64,000 nt of DNA. It comes from Salinispira sp. GTDB taxonomy: Bacteria > Spirochaetota > Spirochaetia > DSM-27196 > Salinispiraceae. The stretch is from positions 2,560,001-2,624,000 of the forward strand of contig OZ271918.1 in NCBI GenBank assembly GCA_965602015.1, written 5' to 3'. Every line of letters begins with the position of its first letter. The first letter of the stretch is position 1. Below the pieces are notes generated by a model that did no database searches, had not been told where the DNA came from, and saw only the letters and a list, made by a program, of their open reading frames with translations. The position numbers and the translations under genes are program-made. Positions 28,920 to 38,414 of this stretch are shown here, piece by piece.

Positions 28920-29852
28920 ATGGTTGTGCAATTGGAAGGATTGGTAAAGCGCTATGCTGATATTGTAGCAATAGACAATGCCGAGATCAGTATCGAGACG
29001 GGTGAGATACTGGGTCTTCTCGGCCCTAACGGTGCGGGCAAAACCACAGCGATAAACGTAATCAACGGATTAACCACGTTCGATTCCGGAACGGTTCGGC
29101 TATTCGGCAAAATTCCTTCGAAGAATGACCATGCCCTCCGTGCCCGCATCGGTGTGGTGCCCCAGGAGATAGCGGTTTTCGAGGATCTTACCGCGGTGGA
29201 AAATATTTCGTATTTTGCCCAACTCTATGGTGTTCGAAGACCGAGGCTCAGCGAGGCTATTGACTTTGCATTGGAGTTTACCGGTCTGACGGAACGACGC
29301 AATCAAAAGCCGGAAAGTTTTTCAGGTGGCATGAAGCGTCGGCTGAACATCGCCTGCGCGATCGCCCACCGCCCGGAACTTGTGATAATGGACGAGCCCA
29401 CGGTCGGCATCGACCCCCAGTCGAGAAATCATATACTCGAGTCGGTGCGAGCCCTTAATGCAGCCGGAACTACAATCATATACACCTCGCATTATATGGA
29501 AGAGGTCGATGCGGTTTGCACGAGGGTTATCATTATGGATCGTGGGCGGGTAATCGCATCCGGTACACAAAACGAGCTCAAGCGGCTTGTTTCGGATAAT
29601 GAAGTAATCGATCTCGAACTTGAGCACATATCCCCCTCTGCAACTGATGCTGCTCGTTCGCTCTCAGGTGTGCTGTCTTGTTCAACCAGCGGCACCCACC
29701 TGCGGATAACCGCTCAACGCTCTGAAGTGCGGCTTGGCAGGCTGATCCAAAAGGTCACGGAAGCCGGAAGCGAAGTACTTTCCGCCAATGTGGAACGGCC
29801 AACTCTTGAGGGAGTATTTCTCACGCTGACCGGTCGAACTCTTCGGGAATAG
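28920..29852 (+). CDS. ABC-2 exporter ATP-binding protein (LnrL-like)
   Basis: [46 protein letters not shown]. Confidence 0.93.
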   Translation: MVVQLEGLVKRYADIVAIDNAEISIETGEILGLLGPNGAGKTTAINVINGLTTFDSGTVRLFGKIPSKNDHALRARIGVVPQEIAVFEDLTAVENISYFAQLYGVRRPRLSEAIDFALEFTGLTERRNQKPESFSGGMKRRLNIACAIAHRPELVIMDEPTVGIDPQSRNHILESVRALNAAGTTIIYTSHYMEEVDAVCTRVIIMDRGRVIASGTQNELKRLVSDNEVIDLELEHISPSATDAARSLSGVLSCSTSGTHLRITAQRSEVRLGRLIQKVTEAGSEVLSANVERPTLEGVFLTLTGRTLRE

Positions 29853-29860
29853 GGGAAAAA

Positions 29861-30979
29861 ATGAGAAACGCACTGACGGTACTACGTTACACGCTGTTAC
29901 GGAACATTCGCGATGTTCCGAGCCTGATCGAAATGATAATTATTCCTATCGTGATGGTACTCGTTCTCGGCAGCATCCTCGGCGGAAACTTCGAAGCAAC
30001 AGACATCCCTTCGACCCCAGTGGCCTACTTCGGTGATGCGGGCGACGAAGGCGTTGATTCGCTGGCAGCCTTCCTCTCAAGTTCGGCTGTTTCGAACTAC
30101 CTGGAGGTCACCCCGGTGTTCAGTGAGCAACGGGCATATGAACTTCTCAGAACCGGTGAAGTGGATGCAGCCATTTTGCGCAATTCAGCCGAACCAGAGA
30201 ATATTACCATCGCGAAAGGCGCAGTCAACCCTACCAGACTACAGATTGTCCGCTCACTCCTCGATGCATACGCTCGGGGTGGTGACGTGGCGCGGGTTCT
30301 CGGCGCGCTTGGGCATAGCACCCCCCCATATACCCCTCGTTCGGCGCGATTCGAACGCCAAATAGTAAGCCGAGACGGACAGGTGCCCGGGGCATTCGAC
30401 TTCTATGCTGTATCGATGCTCGTTATGTTTGTGAGTTACATAGCGCAGTATGCCGCACAAGGGGTTCGTGAAGATTTTCTGGATCCTATAGGAGCGAGAG
30501 CTCGAACAACGGCCGCACCATGGAGTGCCCAAGTTGCCGGTAAGCTCTCTGCCCATGTGGTCAGCGGACTTCTTCAAGCGGCGATTATTATTGCAGCGAC
30601 CGGCATTGCATTCGATGCGAATTGGGGCTCCCGTCCGCTCCTGCTGGCAGCCCTGATCTTTGCCCTTAGTATCTTCGTAGCGGCACTGGGAGCCTTCGTG
30701 CTCTCGATAACACGAGAGGGACCAAAGTCCGATGGGATACTCAATATGATAATAATCGCATCAATGGTGCTATCCGGCGGCGGAGCGCCGTTCTCAGCAA
30801 CAAGCCCCGGGTTTCGGGCATTCCAGGAGGTGCTACCCCACTTCCAGGGTCAACGGGCGCTCCTGGCTGCCATTTATGGCGGCCACCCGGAAGCAATCGC
30901 ATCTGCGTTATTCTATTTCTTAGGCGGCGCCGGACTGCTGCTCATCGCTACGTCAGTTTTTACCAGGAGGACGCTGTGA
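29861..30979 (+). CDS. ABC-2 exporter permease
   Basis: One TM, extracytoplasmic loop, five TM; operonic. Confidence 0.88.
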   Translation: MRNALTVLRYTLLRNIRDVPSLIEMIIIPIVMVLVLGSILGGNFEATDIPSTPVAYFGDAGDEGVDSLAAFLSSSAVSNYLEVTPVFSEQRAYELLRTGEVDAAILRNSAEPENITIAKGAVNPTRLQIVRSLLDAYARGGDVARVLGALGHSTPPYTPRSARFERQIVSRDGQVPGAFDFYAVSMLVMFVSYIAQYAAQGVREDFLDPIGARARTTAAPWSAQVAGKLSAHVVSGLLQAAIIIAATGIAFDANWGSRPLLLAALIFALSIFVAALGAFVLSITREGPKSDGILNMIIIASMVLSGGGAPFSATSPGFRAFQEVLPHFQGQRALLAAIYGGHPEAIASALFYFLGGAGLLLIATSVFTRRTL

Positions 30980-32094
30980 CAATTTTTTCCACATATGTTA
31001 AAAGAGTATACGCAAAGCCATGGATGATTCTTCTTACAGTCGCGGTACCAGCACTCATCGTCATCATCGCGAATATCAGCGCCGGCCCGTCAGGCTTACG
31101 GGTAGCGCTTTTTGACCAGGATGACAGTGTGCTTTCCCGGGCAGTTGTCCAGGCGATCGAACCAGTGTCCGTGTTTGTTGAGGTTGACCTATCCACCATC
31201 CAACGGGCCTTGTTCGAAGCCCGGATCGACTATGCATTGATTCTCCCGAAGGGCCTTCAAGAACAAGTCCTCCGCGGCGAACAAGCGGTGGTACAGAGCT
31301 ACTCGCTCCTCGGTATTGACAGTACTGGGGTCATCGAAGCGTCCGCCGACTCGGTCTTCTCAGCGGCCCACGCCATAGCCGCAGCAGCAAATGGCAGCTC
31401 TCGGGAGTTTGAGCAGTCACTCACCCGCATGATAGAGGGCAGAACTATAATAACCGTCGTTCCCGGACTTCCTGAGAGGCAGACCCTATCTACTGCAGCA
31501 GCGTCGGGCCTTGCGCAATTAGTGGCCCTTGTTACTGTTGCGATGTTCATCTCTTCATTCTTCCTCAGTCAGTACTTCCTCGAGGACCGGAAGGCAGGAG
31601 TTATTCACCGCACCCTCACCGGGCCGATATCCCTTGTGCGGTATATGTTTGAGACAAACGCAGCTTTCTTGCTGGTCACCGGGCTTCAGGCGACCGCAAC
31701 CGCAGCGACAGTATCAATAATACTCTATCGAGAGCTAACCCCGGCCACGGGGTTTCTCTTGGGACTTACCTTGCTTTTATGTGCCCTCGTCGCCGTATCC
31801 TTCGCTCTCGGGATCGTCGCTCTAAGCAAGACAATCCGGCGCTCTCAACTTCTCTACAATCTGATCTTATTGCCAATGGTATTCCTCGGCGGAGCATTCT
31901 GGCCGGTCGAGATTATGCCTCCGCTGTTCCAACGATTCTCCGCTTTCACCCCTATCAGGTGGACGGTAGACGCCACGGAGCAGATACTTCAAGGTGCAGG
32001 AATTGGAGAAATACTGCCGCATCTCGCGGTGCTCTTCCTGTTCGGCGTAGTTTTTCAATTGCTGAGCTCATGGAGACCTGTGGACATCGCCTGA
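30976..32094 (+). CDS. ABC-2 exporter permease
   Basis: Same topology; FLGGAFWPVEIMP; GTGA overlap. Confidence 0.88.
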   Translation: MTIFSTYVKRVYAKPWMILLTVAVPALIVIIANISAGPSGLRVALFDQDDSVLSRAVVQAIEPVSVFVEVDLSTIQRALFEARIDYALILPKGLQEQVLRGEQAVVQSYSLLGIDSTGVIEASADSVFSAAHAIAAAANGSSREFEQSLTRMIEGRTIITVVPGLPERQTLSTAAASGLAQLVALVTVAMFISSFFLSQYFLEDRKAGVIHRTLTGPISLVRYMFETNAAFLLVTGLQATATAATVSIILYRELTPATGFLLGLTLLLCALVAVSFALGIVALSKTIRRSQLLYNLILLPMVFLGGAFWPVEIMPPLFQRFSAFTPIRWTVDATEQILQGAGIGEILPHLAVLFLFGVVFQLLSSWRPVDIA

Positions 32095-32116
32095 TGGAAT
32101 AGATAGAGTTGTTTTC

Positions 32117-33241
32117 ATGGAAACGCGGGAAACCGCTATAGCACAGGTGGTTGTAAAGGGCGGAGTGTGGCTGGCTTTATTGGTCACCCTCCAGCCGCGC
32201 ATTGCCCAGGATTACTTGCCCGGATTGCTTTTGACGCTTATCCTGTTCGGAATTGCGGCGGAAATCGCCAACTCCCGCTTCCTTCCCTCAAAAGGACCAA
32301 CGCTGGCTAAATGTGCGGCGTTTGTGGTATTGGGGGCGGTTGATCCGGCGTTTTCCCTCCTCATCATTTCAATCGCTTTCGATATTGCTCACAAAGGACC
32401 GGTTCCCCTAACTGCGGCTGCCATTGCTGGGGCGATTGTTTTCGCTCCAGGTGAGATCTGGGTACCTACAGCATTGGCAGCCTTGCTTGCCGCTGGGCTG
32501 GGTTGGTTCGCACGATCCAACTATGAAAAAGCTCAATCTCATCTGCGAACGATAGACAATGAACGAGCATTGCGGTACCGGAGTGAACAAATGCGTGCAA
32601 AACTTGACGAGAAAACCCGAGAACTGATTCGGGCGACCGAGCATTCCGAGCGCAATAGGATAGCTCATTCGCTGCATGATGACCTTGGTCATCGGCTAAC
32701 TGGTGTGCTAATGCAGCTCGAAGCGGCCCGAACTCTTGCAAAATCTGATCCGAATCGTTCTGCACACAGCCTCGAGACAGCAATTTCCGCATTGCGCGCG
32801 TCCATGACTGCAGTACGCGAGGCGGTGTATGACCTCCGGCCACGATCAGCGCCGCTGTCTGATGAAATTCGGCGGATTTGTCTATCATTCCGTCCATGTC
32901 CGGTGCGCTTACACATAACAGATGAGCTTTCCAATCTTGATGAAGCGGTACAAAGTGCGATCCTCGGGGTAATACGCGAGCTTCTCACTAATGCAGCTCG
33001 ACATGCTGGGGCAGAACTAATCCATTTGCGCATTCAGATAGTAAGCTTTGAACATGATAGCAATCGACTGAGTTTACAATATCGCGACGACGGCGTGGGA
33101 GCTACGACAATACGTCAGGGAATGGGGCTCACTGGTTTACGCCGAAGAGTAGAAACCCTTGGCGGCACGGTGGCCTGTAGAGGCAATCGGGGATTCTCGG
33201 TCGATGTAGAAATCCCACTTCAAGGAGCTGCACTTGGGTAA
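32117..33241 (+). CDS. Sensor histidine kinase (HisKA_3)
   Basis: ERNRIAHSLHDDLGHRLT, ELLTNAARHA, DDGVG, GMGLTG. Confidence 0.92.
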   Translation: METRETAIAQVVVKGGVWLALLVTLQPRIAQDYLPGLLLTLILFGIAAEIANSRFLPSKGPTLAKCAAFVVLGAVDPAFSLLIISIAFDIAHKGPVPLTAAAIAGAIVFAPGEIWVPTALAALLAAGLGWFARSNYEKAQSHLRTIDNERALRYRSEQMRAKLDEKTRELIRATEHSERNRIAHSLHDDLGHRLTGVLMQLEAARTLAKSDPNRSAHSLETAISALRASMTAVREAVYDLRPRSAPLSDEIRRICLSFRPCPVRLHITDELSNLDEAVQSAILGVIRELLTNAARHAGAELIHLRIQIVSFEHDSNRLSLQYRDDGVGATTIRQGMGLTGLRRRVETLGGTVACRGNRGFSVDVEIPLQGAALG

Positions 33242-33914
33242 AATTTTAGTCGCGATTTGTGATGATGATTGTTTGGTACGCGATGGGTTGGGAGCAATCG
33301 TAAACGCCCAAGATGACATGAGCCTTATTGGCACGGCTGCCGATGGCGACGAGGTCGTAGCAATCTGCCAAAAGAACCGACCTGATGTTGTAATAATGGA
33401 CATCCGAATGACCGGTACCGACGGTGTCACTGCAACAAGTCGAATCAAGGCCCATGATCCGACAATAAAAGTCGTTATTCTCACCACATTCCATGATTCC
33501 GACTATGTACGTGGCGCCATGGCCTGCGCGGTGGATGGATATTTACTTAAAAACTCGCCGACGGAAGTGATTCTCGAAGCAGTCCGAACCGCTCACATAG
33601 GCGCAGCCACATTCCAATCAGAGATTGCAGTGACCGTCGGAAAAATGATTTCAAATACTTCAGCCCCGTCGAATGACAGCCGGTTAATGGAGTTGCTATC
33701 GCCCCGAGAGCGGGAAATCCTAACGATCATTGCAGAAGGTTTTTCAAACAAGGAAATCGCAGCGCACCTGCAGCTGTCCGAAGGTACGGTACGCAACTAT
33801 ATTTCGAAAATGTTTGAGAAAACCGGGGCTCGTGACCGAACGCAACTGGCAATTCTTTACTATAAAGGCAACCGCGACAGCCCGGGCACTGACGCAAATG
33901 CGCGCCGGATTTAA
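33234..33914 (+). CDS. NarL/LuxR family response regulator
   Basis: ICDDD, VIMDIRM, LTTF, LSPRERE...SNKEIA...GTVRNY; TTG start after AAGGAG. Confidence 0.93.
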   Translation: MGKILVAICDDDCLVRDGLGAIVNAQDDMSLIGTAADGDEVVAICQKNRPDVVIMDIRMTGTDGVTATSRIKAHDPTIKVVILTTFHDSDYVRGAMACAVDGYLLKNSPTEVILEAVRTAHIGAATFQSEIAVTVGKMISNTSAPSNDSRLMELLSPREREILTIIAEGFSNKEIAAHLQLSEGTVRNYISKMFEKTGARDRTQLAILYYKGNRDSPGTDANARRI

Positions 33915-33933
33915 TATATATAATTTTCTCGAT

Positions 33934-33962
33934 TTGACGGTTGTTACATGCAAGTATACAAT
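33934..33962 (+). promoter_or_regulatory. Sigma70-type promoter of the pullulanase gene
   Basis: TTGACG-17 nt-TACAAT. Confidence 0.6.
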
Positions 33963-34026
33963 CGCCGGGACTCGCAGGATTTCAAATCACATCACTGCAG
34001 AGTAAAAAAAACTGAAGGATGGCTCG

Positions 34027-36834
34027 ATGATTCGAAAGAACAATCGGAACACTGTTTTTACGCATAAAGGCCTTGTAGCGGCAATCGCGGCCCTACTGGC
34101 GTTCACCGCATGTCAGACCGCCGGGACGGATCAGGACATATCTCAGGCAGCTGGCTCTACGGAACCGGTTTTAACCGCTGAACAGATGCCTCCAATTCCC
34201 GAGGGGCACTTACGGGTGCACTACGTCAGGAACGACGAGGTGTACGACACTATGGTGCTGTGGCTTTGGAATGATACCACCTGGGAAGGCGTCAGCTGGC
34301 CCGAGGGTCTGGAAAAAATCGGCGTCGGGCCATACGGGGCTTTTTACGATGTTCCGCTGGCGGAGAATCCCGCAACCCTTGGGATGGTGGTTGTCGATAA
34401 GCTCCTGGGCGATCCGGGTAAGGACGGGGGCGATAAAACTTTTCAGCTCCTCAACCGCTACAATGAGGTCTGGCTTCGTCAGGGAGATGATGAAGTCTAT
34501 GTCAGCTCAAATTTCGAAAAGCCCATTGGAATTACCGGCGCAAGGGTCCTGGCCGACAATGTCGTTTCCGTTATCTTCGTCACCACTCAGGGGCTCGATG
34601 AGGCGGCGGTACTCGATCAGCTTTCAGTAACCACCCAGGGCGGCGACCCACTTGAAATAACGCAGCTTGAGTTCCTCCGGGACCGGCGAACCGTTCTGGC
34701 GACCGTAGAGGGGGCAGGAGACAGTGCACCGCTTAATGTCGGTTTTGAAGACCGGGTTCTGCTGGCAAATAAGGGCTGGGAATTCATTGATTTCACCTAC
34801 GGATACGACGGCGAACTGGGAGTCTTTTTGAACGAAGACAACAGCGCGACGCTGAAAATGTGGTCCCCAACGGTGGCAAACGTTCAGGTCGTTCTATACG
34901 ATAAAGACGATGCCGAATTTGTAGTTAGAGACGATATCCAAATGACTCTCGGCGATCGGGGGGTGTGGTCAGTAACCCTCAATGAGAGCAACACCGGAAT
35001 TGCCGACTTACGGGGATATTTCTACCACTACAAGGTTGATGCGAACGGCGACGGCAGGGCCCGTTTGGCTCTTGATCCCTATGCGCCGAGTCTCGCCGCA
35101 TATAATTCCACCCGGACGAATGAGCTTGCGAAGGCGGCGATTGTCGATATCGGAGACATCGGACCCGAGCTCGACTTCGCCGACATTGCCGGGTTCGAAA
35201 AACGGGATGACGCGATAATCTGGGAAGCCCATGTGCGGGACGTCACCTCTGATCCTTCAATAGAAAACATGCTCACTTCCCGCTTCGGAACCTATACGGC
35301 GGTTATCGATAAGCTGGACTACGTGCAATCGCTTGGCGTCACCCACATCCAACTGCTTCCCGTGATGTCGTTCAGATTCGGCGATGAAAGCCGGAACGCC
35401 GAACGGGAGCTCGAATACAATGCCAAGGACGCGAATTTTAATTGGGGATACGACCCGATGAGCTATTTCGCCCTTTCAGGGATGTACAGCCAGGATCCCT
35501 CGGATCCCGAAGCCAGGATTGAAGAATTCAAAACCCTCGTTCAGGCCATCCACGACCGCGGCATGGGCGTAATTCTCGACGTGGTGTACAACCACACCGG
35601 CGACATGCGGGTGCTCGAGGATCTTATGCCCGGGTATTATCATTTTTCCGATGCCGATGGAACTCCACGCTCCTCCTATGGCGGCGGAAGGGTCGCCACC
35701 ACCAGGAGAATGGGCCGCAAGCTTATTCTGGACTCCATCCGCCACTGGCTGGAGGAATATAAAGTCGACGGTTTCCGTTTCGACCTCATGGGCGATATGG
35801 ACGCGGAAACCGTACAGCAAATCTGGGATATGTCCGTGGAAATCAATCCGGACGTGGTGATGGTCGGTGAAGGCTGGAGAACCTATGTTGGCGATGCCGG
35901 CGACCCGCGTCAGGCTGCGGACCAGGATTGGATGCAGTTCACTTCTTCAGTTGGCGTTTTCAGCGATGAGTTTAGAAACGAATTAAAATCCGGCTTCGGC
36001 AGCGAAGGCCAGCCCCGGTTCATCACCGGCGGACCGAGAAGCATCCAGCAGATTTTCGAGAATGTAAAAGCTCAGCCTCGCAACTTCGTGGCTGACGAGC
36101 CCGCGGATGTGGTCACCTATATTGCGGCACACGACAACCTCACCCTGCACGATGTAATTGCTCAATCCTCAAGACTTGACCCAGATGTCCCCGAGATGTC
36201 TGAAGAAATCCATCGACGGATACGATTAGGCAACGGACTGTTACTCACCAGCCAGGGCATTGCATTCCTCCATGCCGGACAGGAATACGGAAGAACGAAG
36301 CAATGGAGAGCTCCGGGCCGACCTCAGGACAAGGGAACATCTATGACCCTGGCCGACGGTACGCCGTTCACCTATCCGCATTTTGTGCATGACAGCTACG
36401 ACAGCTCCGACGCGATTAACATGATCGAATGGCAAAAGGTGCTGGATTCCGATGCATATCCCTTGCACAGCTCCACAGTTTCGTACACCGCAGGCCTCAT
36501 TGCTCTCCGCCGAAGTTCCGATGCCTTCCGCCTGGGCAGCAGAGACATCATAAATCAAAACGTGTTGCTGGTTGATGTTCCAGAGCAGAGGGGCACTGAC
36601 TTGATAATGGCGTGGACAGCCGAAGGCACCGACGGACAGCGCTTCCTCATGCTGTTTAACGGCGATACCGTTGAACGACGCTTCAGTCTGGACATCGAGC
36701 TGGATGAAGCCGAGCTTCTGGTAGACCGGGAACAGGCCGGAACGACGGCCATTAGCAATCCGGCTGGCGTGGAAGAAACGAGAAACGGGGTTGCCCTGGC
36801 TCCCCTCACCTTTGCGGTGTATAAACTAAACTAA
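34027..36834 (+). CDS. pulA: Type I pullulanase lipoprotein (CBM41, CBM48, GH13)
   Basis: Lipobox LAFTAC; LRVHY...LWLW; FNWGYDP, DVVYNH, DGFRFDLMG, GEGW, HDN. Confidence 0.93.
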   Translation: MIRKNNRNTVFTHKGLVAAIAALLAFTACQTAGTDQDISQAAGSTEPVLTAEQMPPIPEGHLRVHYVRNDEVYDTMVLWLWNDTTWEGVSWPEGLEKIGVGPYGAFYDVPLAENPATLGMVVVDKLLGDPGKDGGDKTFQLLNRYNEVWLRQGDDEVYVSSNFEKPIGITGARVLADNVVSVIFVTTQGLDEAAVLDQLSVTTQGGDPLEITQLEFLRDRRTVLATVEGAGDSAPLNVGFEDRVLLANKGWEFIDFTYGYDGELGVFLNEDNSATLKMWSPTVANVQVVLYDKDDAEFVVRDDIQMTLGDRGVWSVTLNESNTGIADLRGYFYHYKVDANGDGRARLALDPYAPSLAAYNSTRTNELAKAAIVDIGDIGPELDFADIAGFEKRDDAIIWEAHVRDVTSDPSIENMLTSRFGTYTAVIDKLDYVQSLGVTHIQLLPVMSFRFGDESRNAERELEYNAKDANFNWGYDPMSYFALSGMYSQDPSDPEARIEEFKTLVQAIHDRGMGVILDVVYNHTGDMRVLEDLMPGYYHFSDADGTPRSSYGGGRVATTRRMGRKLILDSIRHWLEEYKVDGFRFDLMGDMDAETVQQIWDMSVEINPDVVMVGEGWRTYVGDAGDPRQAADQDWMQFTSSVGVFSDEFRNELKSGFGSEGQPRFITGGPRSIQQIFENVKAQPRNFVADEPADVVTYIAAHDNLTLHDVIAQSSRLDPDVPEMSEEIHRRIRLGNGLLLTSQGIAFLHAGQEYGRTKQWRAPGRPQDKGTSMTLADGTPFTYPHFVHDSYDSSDAINMIEWQKVLDSDAYPLHSSTVSYTAGLIALRRSSDAFRLGSRDIINQNVLLVDVPEQRGTDLIMAWTAEGTDGQRFLMLFNGDTVERRFSLDIELDEAELLVDREQAGTTAISNPAGVEETRNGVALAPLTFAVYKLN

Positions 36835-36868
36835 ACGAGTGCCGAAAGGTCTCTAAGCAACAAGCAGG

Positions 36869-36895
36869 ACCCGCCGGCTCTTGCCGGCGGGTTTA
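36869..36895. terminator. Hairpin terminator between pulA and the convergent operon
   Basis: acccgccggc-tctt-gccggcgggt-tt. Confidence 0.75.
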
Positions 36896-36923
36896 GTTTC
36901 TATGAGTAAATGCAAAGCTCAAA

Positions 36924-37358
36924 TTATTGAGCTTCGTGCACATACACCCGCTTAAGAACCTGGACACCGTACGATGCAATCCCGGTCTCAATTATTGCCA
37001 AAATTGCGGTAAAAACGTCAGGAGAATCTGACATAATATTACCACCCCTCCTGAGAGCGGCTATGAAAATAAAAAGAAAAGCGTAGAAAGCAATTATAAA
37101 AGTAATAGAGAATACCAAAACCAATATCTCGCTTACTTTTAGATTCAGGTCCCAGCCCGTATTCCGGGGCAATGCCGCAACATAGCTCACAGTTATCGAG
37201 ATATATAACCCCATTATTGGCAACAAGACCGAGCCCAGGCTGATTACCCTTGATAGCCCGAGTTGATTGATTGATAAAAATAAATACGTCAGGACGGTTA
37301 TATGTCCAAACAACACGAGTAGTGATGAGATAAATGATGAAATTGACACCCTGTTCAT
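36924..37358 (-). CDS. 4-TM hypothetical membrane protein (third gene of the gasdermin-like operon)
   Basis: GGAGG RBS; four hydrophobic segments. Confidence 0.8.
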   Translation of the reverse strand: MNRVSISSFISSLLVLFGHITVLTYLFLSINQLGLSRVISLGSVLLPIMGLYISITVSYVAALPRNTGWDLNLKVSEILVLVFSITFIIAFYAFLFIFIAALRRGGNIMSDSPDVFTAILAIIETGIASYGVQVLKRVYVHEAQ

Positions 37359-37373
37359 CGTTTTTCCTCCTCT

Positions 37374-38405
37374 TTATTCAAAAACCTCAATGAGCACATC
37401 AGCGAGCGATCTGTTCTCTTCCTGCTCAGCAAGCCACCAGTTTTGCTTTCCTTCCTGATTCGGAACGCGCGGACTGCCGTTAGCAATCATCGTCATTACG
37501 AAAACAGAGAAATCGTCCTGATGCGCGACGACAATAATTTCATACAACCTCCAGCGATCACTATCGGAAAGCCCCAGATCGTCAAAAGCCCAAATCGGTT
37601 TTAGCTTAAAGTGAGCGTAATTTTCAGTGATGACAGGAGGTTCTCGGTACATCTTGCGGATGAAATTGGGATCAAAAACATCGCCATATGGCAAATCTCG
37701 TTCGGTCAAATATCTGAAATCCTGCTGACGAAGATACCGCGCAAGCTTATCTTCCGCTTGGAAGATGAATCTGGAGACTTCCTGCCCATCATAGGTGTAT
37801 GTCACTCCGGTTATTCCGAAAGGCCGACCGGATCCTGCACTGTTTCTGGCTTGTTGACTGACTGTGCTTCCGGTAACTATCCTAATTGGGAGAGGTCCGG
37901 TTCGTATGCCTATTCGATATAGACCAGAATCGTAATAGTTGTTGCTGACAAGTTCGAGTTCATCCAAGGAAAGTAAATCAACTTCATTTCCAAGAAGATA
38001 GTCGCCTTGAAGGAAATCCTGATTTAACAACCCGGTCTCAGAATCTAAAAACTCAGAAGGAAAAAAGGGTGTTAAATCCAGATCGGTTTCAAATAACTCG
38101 ATACGAGGAATTTCATTTGATTGGTCCTGCACCAGAGAGTTTATGATTCCTGCGACATTCGAATCGAATAGCGATCTGTTTCGTGCCAATAGGTTCACTT
38201 CATTAGGCGTGAGCATCCATTCTACATATGTATCTTCTTGGGTAGTGTCCTGGAAAAGCAGGAAGTCTGAATCAACGCGGAGCTCGGATTCAAAGTCCTG
38301 AGTAGGAATCCGTATTACATAATCTTCAAGTTCTGAATTTCCTTCCGGGAACAAGCTCATATGGGAAAACGCGATGACACACAGTAAGCAAACGATGAGT
38401 TTCAT
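37374..38405 (-). CDS. Exported hypothetical protein (second gene of the gasdermin-like operon)
   Basis: Signal-peptide-like MKLIVCLLCVIAFSHMSLFP; GAGGTG RBS overlapping the upstream stop; acidic. Confidence 0.8.
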   Translation of the reverse strand: MKLIVCLLCVIAFSHMSLFPEGNSELEDYVIRIPTQDFESELRVDSDFLLFQDTTQEDTYVEWMLTPNEVNLLARNRSLFDSNVAGIINSLVQDQSNEIPRIELFETDLDLTPFFPSEFLDSETGLLNQDFLQGDYLLGNEVDLLSLDELELVSNNYYDSGLYRIGIRTGPLPIRIVTGSTVSQQARNSAGSGRPFGITGVTYTYDGQEVSRFIFQAEDKLARYLRQQDFRYLTERDLPYGDVFDPNFIRKMYREPPVITENYAHFKLKPIWAFDDLGLSDSDRWRLYEIIVVAHQDDFSVFVMTMIANGSPRVPNQEGKQNWWLAEQEENRSLADVLIEVFE

Positions 38406-38414
38406 GGAATCACC

